Positions 51,476 through 63,135 of a stretch of DNA of 64,000 bases are shown in pieces (within the stretch, counting starts at the first letter, position 1; every line of letters begins with the position of its first letter). The notes under the pieces were generated by a model that ran no database searches, had not been told where the DNA came from, and worked only from the letters and a program-made list of their open reading frames with translations. The position numbers were made by a program, and so were the translations under genes. The DNA comes from Asterias rubens. Taxonomy: Eukaryota. Where the stretch lies: assembly GCF_902459465.1 (NCBI RefSeq), contig NC_047062.1, positions 15,934,001 through 15,998,000 on the forward strand. The letters run 5' to 3'.

Positions 51476-52456
51476 TAATTATTTGGAAGTATTAGTAACA
51501 ACATACTGAAACTGCCATTACTATTTCTTTAATTTTAGCATACATGTATGTTCTTTACTCTACTTCAAAGCACTGATGGCATTTGCAAAACTGGCAGTCC
51601 ACAAGTCTTACAAAGTCTCTTTATACAAATGTATACTTGCAAACTGTTTATCAACAGCACTGTGTCAGCTCCTCACAAAGAAAAAAAAAGAAGAAACAAA
51701 AAAATAATCATGATTCTCAAATTCCCCTTTCTCATGCAAAAACAGTGTGTTCAATTATGCAAATCCATACAGCCGTAGGTTTTTTGGCTCTCTGAAGTGG
51801 AGCCTGCGATGTATCTTTGCAACAAAAGATGTGCCCTGGTTGGTCTTACTCAGCAGCGGTAGACAACGGAGCAGGCCAAGATAGAAACCCCCAGGCCGAT
51901 TCTAACTGTATCAGTACAGTCCCACAAACACGATCCATTAAGCCCCTAGCTCTACGCTAGTTTCTTTCCCTTGGTGGTAGTGCTGATAATATGTGGTGCA
52001 CGTTGTCTACTCGCGGCGTTCATTCTTGTAATGGTTTTTTTCCTGGGCTCCGATCAATCTCCGCTGACATTTTGGAAACTAAAGTTGTCAAGCGAATTCT
52101 TTGAGGTTTTATTAAAGTTTGGGATAAATGTTGTATGCATGTATGCAGAATCACAGCGGTGCTCGGACAAAATGCTTCTCAATTTCAAATTAAAATGAAG
52201 GGTAGCTTATTTTATTTATGTGTCCATGTATACAATACACAATACATGAATTGGCATACATTGTTGTTTGTGTTTCATTTTTTAATTATGTGTTTTCATT
52301 TTTCAGTTATTTCTTTTGAATCATCCACGCAAAGTTAGAAGAAAATTTTTTTTTAACACTGAATTCTCTGAACGGCCCCTTCTTGTCATTAGATTATTCC
52401 ATCCTCTTTGAGATATAATGCTTTGCTTTCAACTTATCGGCCCAGTACGTGTCAAG

Positions 52457-52700
52457 GCCGAGTGGTTCAGTGCGTTGGATTCAAATTCTTATGGCTGAAC
52501 CATCAGATTGTGGGTTCGATTCCTCGTCGTGTCACTTTAGTCCTTGAGAGCAAGGCACTAAGCCGTTGTTGCACTTCTCTTAAAACCCAAGTGTATTAAT
52601 GGGAAACCGAGAGGGCTGAAACAGTATTGTGATGGATTATCACTCTTAGCGCAAATTTAAGCTGCTTAGGATTGTATGCTCGTCAGGGGGTTGAGAAATT
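52457..52700 (+). mobile_element. tRNA-derived SINE with a CORE-like segment
   Basis: GGCCGAGTGG A box, GGGTTCGATTCC B box, then ccttgagagcaaggcact...aatggg. Confidence 0.65.
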
Positions 52701-52994
52701 TAGAGGAATGGTCGTTTAAAGTGCAGGGATAAGCAGGAATAACAAATTGGTCTCGCTACAACATGTAGGATATCAGGCGCAGAATGTATGTATCATGGTG
52801 CGAGCCCTTGGCCCACAACCATTAGAATGTAGCAATTATTCTTTGAGGATGGTTGGAGCTCCGTGAAAACACCATGAGAGGGGTTGACTAGTGATATTTT
52901 CATAGTACCTTTAAAATAATAAGAACAACGGTAATGACAGCTGGGTGTAATGTACATGTAGGTAAGTAAGGTTTGTGGTGACACCGTGTAGAAG

Positions 52995-53082
52995 TCTCTT
53001 TAAGAGTAGTGGTGGCTCTGAGAAGAACTGGTTTGAACAGCTCGACACTTCGGTCAGTGTGCTCTGACCGTCAGCTTCTGGA
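52995..53082 (-). mobile_element. Hammerhead-core-bearing repeat, diverged copy 3
   Basis: Minus strand: CAGAAGCTGAC-GGTCAG-agcaca-CTGACC-GAAGT-GTCGA...aaaccagttcttctcagagccaccactactc. Confidence 0.5.
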
Positions 53083-54267
53083 CATTGTTGTTATGGACTG
53101 TTGGGTATCTTGGTGATCTTCATAACCTCTTCAACTTGGCGTCAAATAATGAGAGAGGCTCCTGAAAGCATCTTCAACACACAGTTGTTTGACAGGGGGT
53201 GCATTTCATCAACTTCATCACGGCCAGTGTTTCATGGAGCTTCTTATATCACGGTCGGTGTTGTCTTCCAACAAGAATTGTCACTGTCTGAATAACTAAC
53301 TGTCATTGAGTCTCTCCCTGGAAGCCTAGTTTGAAATCAACACCTCTAAATTATAAAGGTAAACATCGTTAGCAGCGGGAACAAAACTGTCCACTCCATG
53401 GAATCACGGGGTGTATCAATATCTGGTGTTTGGTGGAGTTGGCTGTAAACGATACACCCTCTTCAGAGGTTACTTCAGAAGGTTTCTCCGATACCTCGGA
53501 TAGGTGCGTAAGTTTTGTGGAGTGGACTGTGGAGTGGTTGATGTCTGACCGACCTGATGTCATGAATGATTTATTGGGTTGTCTACATTCCCCCATTTTG
53601 ATTGTGAGATCGGAAAATGTGGGTCATTGGTGCAAGATGACAAGAGACCTGTCATCCGGATATTCATTTGTGTGGGTTTCAAGCTGAATGCTGATTGATG
53701 GCAGTGTTGGGTTGGACTTTACGCTTTTTTCCCCTGAAATGCTGTCATTTGAGGAGGAAAGGGTCGGGAAATTGTTGGAATTGATAATACGTTAAGGGAG
53801 TACACTTGAACATTGTGAATAATTAAACAGAGAGTCTGATATTGTACTTTTACCATTTTATTTTATTTTAGTGAGCTAAAATTTGTACAGCTATTGGGTC
53901 TTTACACATGGTGATGTAAATTGTACGGTGCAGCTACAGGTATTTAGAGCTGAAAATGTTTGATCTTGGATTTAAAAAGTATGTAGAACAAAGACAGAAC
54001 AGCAAAGTCCAACTGAAGCACGAAGAAGCAATTGTTACACTAGCAGATGGTTGGACATTTAAAGTTTATCAGATACGTAATGAACAGTGGATCCTCCTCG
54101 ATGGTGGAACTTACTACAATGCATTTCATCTCAGGTTTTAAAACAAAGTACAGTGTTTTACATGAAGTACTTCCTTCTTGGAATATTGATAAACTGCATA
54201 CAAGTTGATTACACTATCTGAGCCATGGAGGGAGAAAGTAATTCCTCCATAAGTGCACTTAACTTAA

Positions 54268-54843
54268 AGTCACCTGGAAATAGAATTTTTTTTTTCTTTC
54301 AAACATAAGAGTATATGCTTTCGAACAATAAAACAATTTTTTTAATAATTGTTTGTCACGATTTATATGTTTAAAAAATATATAAAGTTGTTTGGGGGCT
54401 GACTCCGCCTACCCCTTTTGTGACTTCAATCAAGGCAGACTTTGCCTGCAATGCGTATAGTAAACACACGTGCAAAGTACATGTACGTCCAAGTCGTGAG
54501 TTGGTACATTTCAAAAAGTGTTTTTGTGCATTCAGCAGCAATACCCCTGGTCGGCATTGCCGGAAAAAAACAAAAACACAATTTTTTGAAACGTACAAAC
54601 TCACGACTTGGTCCGTACATGTACTTTGCAATTGTGTTTACTCTACGCATTACAGGCAAAGTCTGCCTCGATTGACGTCACGAACAGCGCCCTCTCGGGT
54701 CGGGGTCTACTCTTAAATTTGTAAATAACATAAGAACTGATTTTTTAAAACCTTAGTTAACTGTTTATTCACATTCCACTCATCAAAACACATATATTAG
54801 TGACAAAAGCTTTATTTTGAAAAAATACCACTTCCAGGTGACT
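54268..54843. mobile_element. Kolobok-like MITE family C with a long internal inverted repeat
   Basis: TTAA|AGTCACCTGGAA...TTCCAGGTGACT|TTAA. Internal palindrome at about 54433-54669 (AGGCAGACTTTGCCTG.../...CAGGCAAAGTCTGCCT). Confidence 0.85.
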
Positions 54844-55160
54844 TTAACTTTACTTAACTCGAAACAGTTTCATGACATGTTATGTAAGACTACATTGTAG
54901 GATTGCTCCAATTTCAAATCACAAGGTAGACATCTTGGCAGAATAAAGATGTTTCAATGGCTACTTGAACATGCTTGAACATGCTAATGTACGTGACTAG
55001 TGATGAATCAGCAGAGATGGTTGGATTGGCAAATATCATTAACACATCAAGAGCTACATCTCATTCACGACAAGGCATGCACAGTCAGCATGTGCGCAAC
55101 ATGGGACAAGTCTCCCCGGGTAAACCTTTACATGGGTGGTGAAGATTTCTTTAATGTTAA

Positions 55161-55208
55161 AGGCACTGGACACTATTGGTAATTACTCAAAATAATTGTA
55201 AGCATAAA
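55161..55208. mobile_element. Kolobok-like MITE family A, terminal fragment
   Basis: TTAA|AGGCACTGGACACTATTGGTAATTACTCAAAATAATT. Confidence 0.7.
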
Positions 55209-55227
55209 AGGATGTACTTGCAACTTC

Positions 55228-55358
55228 GATAAGTTATCACACAAGCGCGAGTGGGATGTGGAAAAATAAAGCGCTTCTGCGTCCTCGTTGGATATGGGAC
55301 GCAGAGTCGCTATAATTTCCCATATTCCACGAGCGTGCGTGTTATTAACAAATTTATC
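55228..55358. mobile_element. Imperfect palindromic element
   Basis: CTGCGTCC-tcgttggatatg-GGACGCAG core with diverged outer arms. Confidence 0.6.
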
Positions 55359-57431
55359 TTCCAGTCTATTATTATTTATTATTATTATTAGTTTTTATTC
55401 GGCCATTTCATCAGTAACAACAAAAATACATGTACATGTAATTGCAAATAAGATTAAAGTAAAAGGAAAACAAAATTAAAAAATATGTTGAACAGAACTA
55501 CATAAAGGCATACATGCTAAATAATGGCAACTAAAGCACTGGTCCTGAATGATGAAAACTGACATAACAAGAAACATGTGAAGAATAGATGAGAGAGTAT
55601 GGTAGGTTGGGAGAGGACATGAAGACATGGTGGGGGAGGGAAGAGCAGGGAACTACAATTAGGGACAGAGACAACCCATTTCAAGCTGGCCAGGACATTC
55701 ACAATATGCAGTGTGCAATATAAAAACTGGGAGTAGGTTATAACTTTTTAACCACCCTCCAGTTCGAGCATCTGATTGGTGGATTAGCGCATACTGGAAG
55801 ATAAGTTGGGATACACCAAGTGAGAATACTGGTCTTTGAGAATTCCAGAATTTTAATAATGTTTCTGTTCATGTAATTGTGCTGCTGGCTGAATAACCAA
55901 AGGTGAACCAGTGCATTTAAAGAAGCATAGAGGAAACAGTGCCTTTAACGAGGGTGTGTGTATGAGGTGTCTGTAATACTGACCGTGCTTGGACCACCTT
56001 TATCTATCAGACTGGCTTCTTCTACTAGGCTCACAGGGAAGATGAGAGAGGTGTTAAGGAGGTTCAACGTCTGAAGAAGAGGCTGAGTGAGATGCTACAG
56101 ATTAATTAAGCTGAGGATTGAGATGCGGGGAACGATTTTATCCAGCAGTTTTGCATAGCAAACATTGTTAAACTGCACACTGAATGCCAATATTGAGTAG
56201 CAAATAGTGATTTTTGAGAAGCAAGTGCCACAATGTTTGTAGCATTTTGCTCTACTATACAAGGGAAATCGTTCACTGAGAAGTCCTCGGCCCCAAGGAT
56301 GACTTGTTTCAGATTATGTTCATTCTTCAGAAATGGAATTAGGAAATATTTACATGCCACATCTTTATATCTCAGAAAATATTGATTCTTTCTAAAAGTA
56401 CGTTACATTGGTACTTTGCACTTGAGGGAGTACGTTGTCATTGAATCTTGAGTCGTTATCATCGGGTTTTGTTATCTGGAAGTTATTTTTTCCATTGTGC
56501 TATATTTGTAATTCCTAAAAACTGATAAGATGTTGTTTGTTGCATTGAGGTGAGATACATGTAAGACCCTGCCGAGGAGTTAAGCACAAAAAAAAAGCAT
56601 TGACGTGTTAGAAATACTTGTAAAGTTCTCTGTTGATCAGATCTTTTTTTCAGAGATGGAAGTAGATGTTTCATACCCAAGGCCAATTTAGCAATTATCA
56701 CAAAGGATGAGGCAGGTGTTTTTGCTGCTCTCAAAGAGGCAAGTTTGATCACTCCTGTGATGTCTACTATTGCTGTTCCAGTACCTGTCTCTATCATCAT
56801 TTGTCATCAATACTCTTGCTACGCTGTATTCTCTTGTCTTTCATCCCGCTGGCCCCCGGGGCTTCCAGCCTGCTGCCCTGTGATATTTGATCCTGGGCGC
56901 TTGGCTGTGAATACAGTATCCAGGAATATAAAGCCGTCCTAACTAGGATATGTACCCATACTGCACTCTGTTCTTACATTCATGCAGTAAAATTCCTGAC
57001 GCTGCAACTCACAAAGTCATTAAGGATTATGTCTTTGTATGATTTATGGATGTTTTTTTCCCCTGGCATAAAAGTGAATTCGAGTGTATTGGGTTTCCAT
57101 AGCTGAGGATATTCAGAAACAACCTTTTACTGGTTTGTTGGGATTTAATCTTAGCTGCTGCTTGAGCTAGTTGTATTAAATGCAGGATGTCAATCAGTTT
57201 GTCTATCGGTATTTAGTTTAGTATTCCAAGGCGTGTCTGTACATCATTCTTTAGTAATTTAAAAAAGCTAAGTCAATTTATCCTTCCTGACTTGAGTGGA
57301 CTTTTATTCAATATGAATCCTGTCAATCACCCTTCTCTTAAATTAGTTTTACACCGAGTCTAGACCTAGCTCCATTCAAAACTGGAACTCCATCAAGTGT
57401 GGATCTTCTAGTGGGTAAAATCTTGTTCACT

Positions 57432-57869
57432 GTTAGTCTTGGTACAAGACATTCTTATTGAGTTGGTCAACCTCTATGGTAATACCATAGGCCCCCATGC
57501 ACTCAACGCCACACACATCCCGACTATTCCACCTAAAGAAAGCATTTCTGTAATCCTCGATCCCGCCAGTGGTTTAGTGGGGTGATCTGGAAGTTTTCCA
57601 ACGGCACCCTCTTTCGTTCCATAGTGCGCATCGAGGATCGCGTCGAGGATCTTGATTGTTGAGTGACAGTAATAACAACGACTTGCACCAAGACTAGTAC
57701 TGTACTGTAAGCCGCGATCCCACCAGTGGTGTGGTGATCTGGAAGTTTTCCAACGGGCCCGCTCGGGTTCGCTAGTAGTGTGAGCGGCGAGGAGAGGTAA
57801 AGTTGGAGATTGTGATAGTTGAGTGGTGACAGTTAATAAAAACGTCTTGCACCAAGACTAGTTCACTGT
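57432..57869. repeat. Two tandem, about 150-bp diverged units plus one inverted partial unit
   Basis: GATCCCRCCAGTGG...GGTGATCTGGAAGTTTTCCAACGG...CTTGCACCAAGACTAGT at 57559 and 57716. TAGTCTTGGTACAAGAC, inverted, at about 57434. Confidence 0.8.
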
Positions 57870-59531
57870 CTGCGTCTAGTGTGGTCTCTGTTTTCATATG
57901 AACTGACAGTCATAATTATTGAAGTTCAGTCTTTATGTATTGTCCATCTGAAGTTGTGTTTTTCTCATTCAAGATGCAGCCTGTGTTAAATGGTTTATTT
58001 CTCTACCAGTCTCTTTACAAGCGCTCAGACACTTACACAGGTTCTTATCAGAGCTCATGGGGAATGGTTTACGGGTCATGTAGGTTTGACAAAATTTAAT
58101 TATACCGCTTTGGAAATCCTTGAAATGTGGTTAAAAGCTTTATGTAATTAACAGGTTGGCTTTAAATGGTTTCCATATGGTAGAAATAATATTGTTAATG
58201 CTTAGGCTGATGCGCTATTGTTGTTATTATTATTATCATTATAATAATGTTATTGCAATAACATTATTAAAATGGTTTGATCATTTTCTTCTTATTGGGG
58301 TGATGGTGGGTTGTTTCATCTGCTGATCCCAAACTACATGTATGGAACTAATTTAGGTACTCATTTATAGATGTTCCAAACATAAGTTTTTGCCCACATC
58401 TGTACAATGCATAATTATTTACTAAATTTGTTAACTCTTTTGTTCTCCTGAACCACATGTCTTAAAATTTTAATCTTTGTTTCATCTTGTAACTTAATTC
58501 ACATTATTTTGACATTTATTGACCACACTGTGATCTTTCTTTACAGACCAAAGAGCAAGTTCAAAAAGTTTTGTTAGGGTTCGACCAAACGAATCATTTT
58601 GTATATTAAAGATGTGTTGGGTATTTGTGTAATTTTTTTTTATTTCAGCAACCGAAAACACATGTCTAGTTCTCTTGTGTTACTGTAGTCCTCATTGTTT
58701 TCTTATGCCTTGAAAATAGGTTACCTAAATAATATGGAGAACTATAAATGATACTATTACTGTTATTGTAATTATTTAAAGGCAGAAGTAATCAGTGATG
58801 GTGACAAGTTGTCTCAAGGGCTTGGCAATGTAAATAATATAGCGAACAACAATAGGGTCATTGTTCCCACAAGGATCCATGATGGATCCATTTAGTCTAT
58901 TAGCAACATCCTGACTCCTGGAATAACCTCAACAAACCTGACCATCACTGATAGCCAAGGACCAATTTCGACCCATTTTCTCAGGATGTTAAACCTGATA
59001 TTCTATTTTTTTTTTTTTTTTTTTTAATCACTTTTTACGTTTACTGTTTAAATCATTTAATTGTTTGTTTTTATTGCTGTGGACAGCACACTAATTTAAG
59101 TGTTTTTCACTTCTGTCTTGTAGTAATGAGCCTAATTAGCCTATTACAGCCTACAGAGGTCAGCCTATGTATTTTTAATGTGGTTTTTACTTATGGAGCC
59201 ATTTTTAGTGTTTACATTTTTGATCTTTTCTTTTACAGTTTTCCTGTTATTTTTGTCTGCAGTGTATCTTGTTGTAAATATAACCTTTTTAAATTGTAAA
59301 TTGCATCAAGGCTGCCAGCCAAACTGTTGAATGCAATTTATCAATTTGTAGGAGGTTACCGTCTTTCATTTAGCTAAGCAGGTGGAGGCGGGGTATATTA
59401 ATTTTAAGGGGTAATATTTTCTGCCGACCACAGCTGTATGCCAGTGGGCCTTGTCATATTGATTCCTAGCCCTTATTCCTGTACGTACATCTCTGAGTCA
59501 TCTCGTCTTTCCCCTTGTCCTTATTCTCCAG

Positions 59532-59729
59532 GTGTGCGAGATGAACGTCGCTGGATACAACTTTGCCGTTTTGGATAACGCCTTCCTCATCCACAAGGGC
59601 TTTAAAGAGAAATCGTCCTACCATGCCCACAAACTCAACGAAAATCGCAAAAACAAGGAGCTGTTCCTTCATTTTCAGGAAGAGCTGAAAGTCAAGTATC
59701 CTGACTCGTCAAAGAGGTGTCAGACGTAG
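59532..59729 (+). CDS. B4GAT1: B4GAT1 coding exon 3 (last)
   Basis: VCEMNVAGYNFAVLDNAFLIHKGF...YPDSSKRCQT*. Acceptor ttctccAG. Total protein 434 aa. Confidence 0.95.
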   Translation: MCEMNVAGYNFAVLDNAFLIHKGFKEKSSYHAHKLNENRKNKELFLHFQEELKVKYPDSSKRCQT

Positions 59730-60271
59730 TCTTTATGAGTAGCTCAGTACAGTATGGTGGTTTGCCTCCAAGAGGTGTTTGTGGTATGTTAGTTGTTTTT
59801 GGAAAAGTTAAACAGTTGTAAACTTTAAACCTATTCGAAATGAATTTACAGTCTCGAATTTAAGAGGGACGGATTAATTGAAATATTATCGGTATGTATC
59901 ACAGTCTAAATGAGAACTTTTTTTAAATTAAGATTACTTATGTACACAAAACATTATGAACTAATTTTAAGTAACAAATTTGTAATGTTCTTGCTGGTTA
60001 TATCGAAAATGTTAAATTTAAACTGGATGTTGTTGTCCGACCATTTTTTGCTGAGTTGATTAAAATTCAGTCGATGACTGATCATTAATTCACCATCGTA
60101 AAGCAGCAACATCTCATCGTCTGCTCAGGACGATAAGGTCATTACTTGATTTGCATTTAATGACCTCTTGATCATTACAAATATGAAATTGCAAATGATG
60201 ACCTTATATAGCACTGGGCCGACGACATGTAATGCCTGTATACACACATGCTGTTGAGCTTTTTATTCATC

Positions 60272-60277
60272 AATAAA
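60272..60277 (+). terminator. Candidate B4GAT1 polyadenylation signal
   Basis: AATAAA about 540 nt after the stop; a second one lies near 60495. Confidence 0.35.
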
Positions 60278-61597
60278 CATACAATTACTCCCAAGCCCCT
60301 GCACTTCTTTATTTACTGATGCAAAAATTTACTTCAACCGGAAATGATCCAAACCTCTTCCTCCCTGAGTAATTAAGCGCGGGTCGCAGTACGGGTGGTT
60401 AATCAAGAGAGGGCTTGGTCAAAACCTAAAATGGAGGTCCTCGTCGCAAATTGATGATGGAGTCCATTCTGGCATGTCACAAATTTCTTTGCAAAATAAA
60501 CAACCCAGCGGAAGTTTATTTTATCGGCCCACACGACACATTGAAATGTTGAGATTATACTTGTGGATGTATAGTCAGGTTGTGATTATAAGATACTGTG
60601 GAGTCTGGCTAGTGACGGGAAACATATTTTGCCTGCCTCATTAGGGGTTGAGAAGATGATTGGAAGTATTGTGCCAATCTCAAGATAGTCAAGAGGGTGT
60701 TAATCTACAACCTCTGTGAAAATCAAGCTAGTGTTGGAATTCCCCTCACTGTAAAAAGTAATGCTTTGCAGATTTACTACACATGAGTAGTGCACATTTG
60801 TGTTCTCCATATCCTCTCTGCAGTTTTGTTCAACACCCACAATGAGACAATTGTTTCTGTATAAAAAAAAGAATTGTTCTGTAGTCTTTGCCACCCATGT
60901 TCTTTCATACTGATTGTATATCGATTATAATCAATCTAAAGCCGGTGTATTTTTCAGGTTTGTAGCTGATTGGTGGATTTTGCATTGGCACTGCAATAGA
61001 CTTTGAGCACAAGTTGTACACAAGTCTTGTTGGAATGCAGTGGAAGCACACATGAAAGCAAAATACATATCTTAAGAATGCCACTGGGACCCTGTTGAAA
61101 CTCTCTGTTCAAGCAACACTTTTTACTGCTAGTGCTACAAGTTAAAAAACTTTGCTCCAAAAAGGTTGCTTGATCCCAAGCTGCCATCAGAGCCGAAACC
61201 ATTTTGATTTAAGAACCATTACATATAGCTCGTCTGAGACCATGGAATATCTGGGAATGTTCCTAAGGAAATCTGGAAGAAAAAGATGACACAAGTTTGA
61301 ATGTTAGAATGTTGTGATTGATTACACCGTTTACAAATGCAGCTGCTGTAGAGATCTTGGAATTCGAATCAAAGGGTCTCTTCATTCTTTCTAATAGAGG
61401 TCAACATTTCCTATGTGAACATGTGCCATAATTCATGACTGCCGGCAGTCATTGCTAACGTCTAAAAGAAAATCCTGAAGCCAAACTGGTACCAATGAAA
61501 TGCTCGACATAAATGTGTAAAGTTGCAAGGTGTACGGTTGTGTTAAAGGGGTGGCAAATAGCATTGTTTGCCATAACAAAAAAGTCTAAAGCGGTAA

Positions 61598-61671
61598 GTA
61601 CCTAGTTCAGGATTTGAACCACGGACCTTCAGATATTCTGTCTTGCACTCCCCCAACTGAGTTATTTCAAG
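61598..61671 (-). pseudogene. tRNA-Phe(GAA)-derived pseudogene or SINE head
   Basis: cttgaaataactcagttggggagtgcaagacaGAAtatctgaaggtccgtggttcaaatcctgaact aligns with the metazoan tRNA-Phe pattern. The acceptor stem does not pair. Confidence 0.75.
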
Positions 61672-62695
61672 ATAATTATTGCAGTTTTTCTTGTTGCAAA
61701 TTTCACATGAAATATTGCAATTTATATCTGTTTATTATTTTTTATTTGTTTAACTACATTTGTAAAGGTTTGCAGCATCTACACAAATGTCACAAGTATT
61801 TGTGACCTTTTTTTTAATGGTTGATATATATTAACATAATATGATTTATGGAATGTCTTCATTTTCTTATAAAGAGAAGATCAGTCAAGTGTGTGGCATG
61901 TGACCAAACTGAAGTAATACACATTTTGAATGTCTTATATAGAGTTTATCTTAATGTGCACAAAAAAGGAGGTTGACCAAGTTTGATCACAAAAACCCAT
62001 TGATCTGTGTAGAAGGGAAAACATCTTACTGTGATTTTGCAGTATTGGTCTTTTTTACTATGCTGTAATGGTTTACAGAAGAGAGTCAGTGCCAAGTGGG
62101 ATTTGAGCGCCAGTAAAAACAAAATGTCAGCAAGTACATAGTGAGTAATCTGGACTTGTACGGCTGCACTCAAGCACACACGCTGTGTGGACTTTTGGTT
62201 CAGCAAATATTTTTCTGTTATTTTTGTGGCCCATTACTCAAGGTAGTAGTCAAGTTATGAAAATATACAGGCTCCCTTGGCTTGAGAACCCAAATAAAGT
62301 ACCCGACCATACATTGTAGATGTAAGCATGCATGAGTGGTGAAGAGATATGGTAGAACAAATCATCAGATCAGACTATAAGGTCATTTGAACTCCTGGTA
62401 AATTTATCAAGAGTGGTCTCCAAAGTAGTTGTTGGCAAAATGGAAGATTCGTCTTCTAAGAAAAACATTTACTTGTTGATTTTCATTTTTTTTTCTATTT
62501 TCTTCACACTTATATATACATTTTTCACTTGACGACCTAGGCTAGTACGTTCGCCTAAATTAAGGAAGCTCTAGAATACACCCCTAGTGTATTTTCTTAA
62601 ACCTTACCCATTCCCTAACCCTATTCCTCATGTGTAATTCACCAGGGGGAGATCAGATCATAGGAGTGTTCAAAAATAGGGCCTGTATGTGTGGA

Positions 62696-63135
62696 AACAG
62701 GTGTGTTGGAACATAGGGGTGGCGGAACATAGGGGTGGCGGAACATAGGGGTGTCGGAACATAGGTGTGTCGGAACATAGGGGTGTCGGAACATAGGGGT
62801 GTCGGAACATAGGGGTGTCGGAACATAGGGGTGTCGGAACATAGGGGTGTCGGAACATACGGGTGTCGGAACATAGGTGTGTCGGAACATAGGTGTGTCG
62901 GAACATAGGGGTGTCGGAACAAAGGTGTGTCGGAACATAGGTGTGTCGGAACATAGGTGTGTTGGAACATAGGGGTGTCGGAACATAGGGGTGTCGGAAC
63001 ATAGGGGTGTCGGAACATAGGTGTGTCGGAACATAGGGGTGTCGGAACATAGGTGTGTCGGAACATAGGGGTGTCGGAACATAGGTGTGTCGGAACATAG
63101 GGGTGTCGGAACATAGAGGTGTTGGAACATAGTTG
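62696..63135 (+). repeat. 17-bp minisatellite (about 26 units)
   Basis: Unit GTGTCGGAACATAGGGG/T; it accounts for the overlapping repetitive ORFs at 62639-63167. Confidence 0.97.

Noticed and set aside
54371-54716. Similar ORFs on both strands
   Set aside because: They are produced by the internal palindrome of a MITE; no transposase motifs are present.
55760-55825. Exon-like segment reading ASDWWISAYWK (similar at about 60960)
   Set aside because: The resemblance stems from a CTGATTGG (CCAAT) motif, and the phases do not join neighbouring segments.
57600-57800. HDV-like ribozyme: TCCTCG and CGAA motifs on the minus strand of both units
   Set aside because: I could not build the required P1, P2 and P3 pairings.
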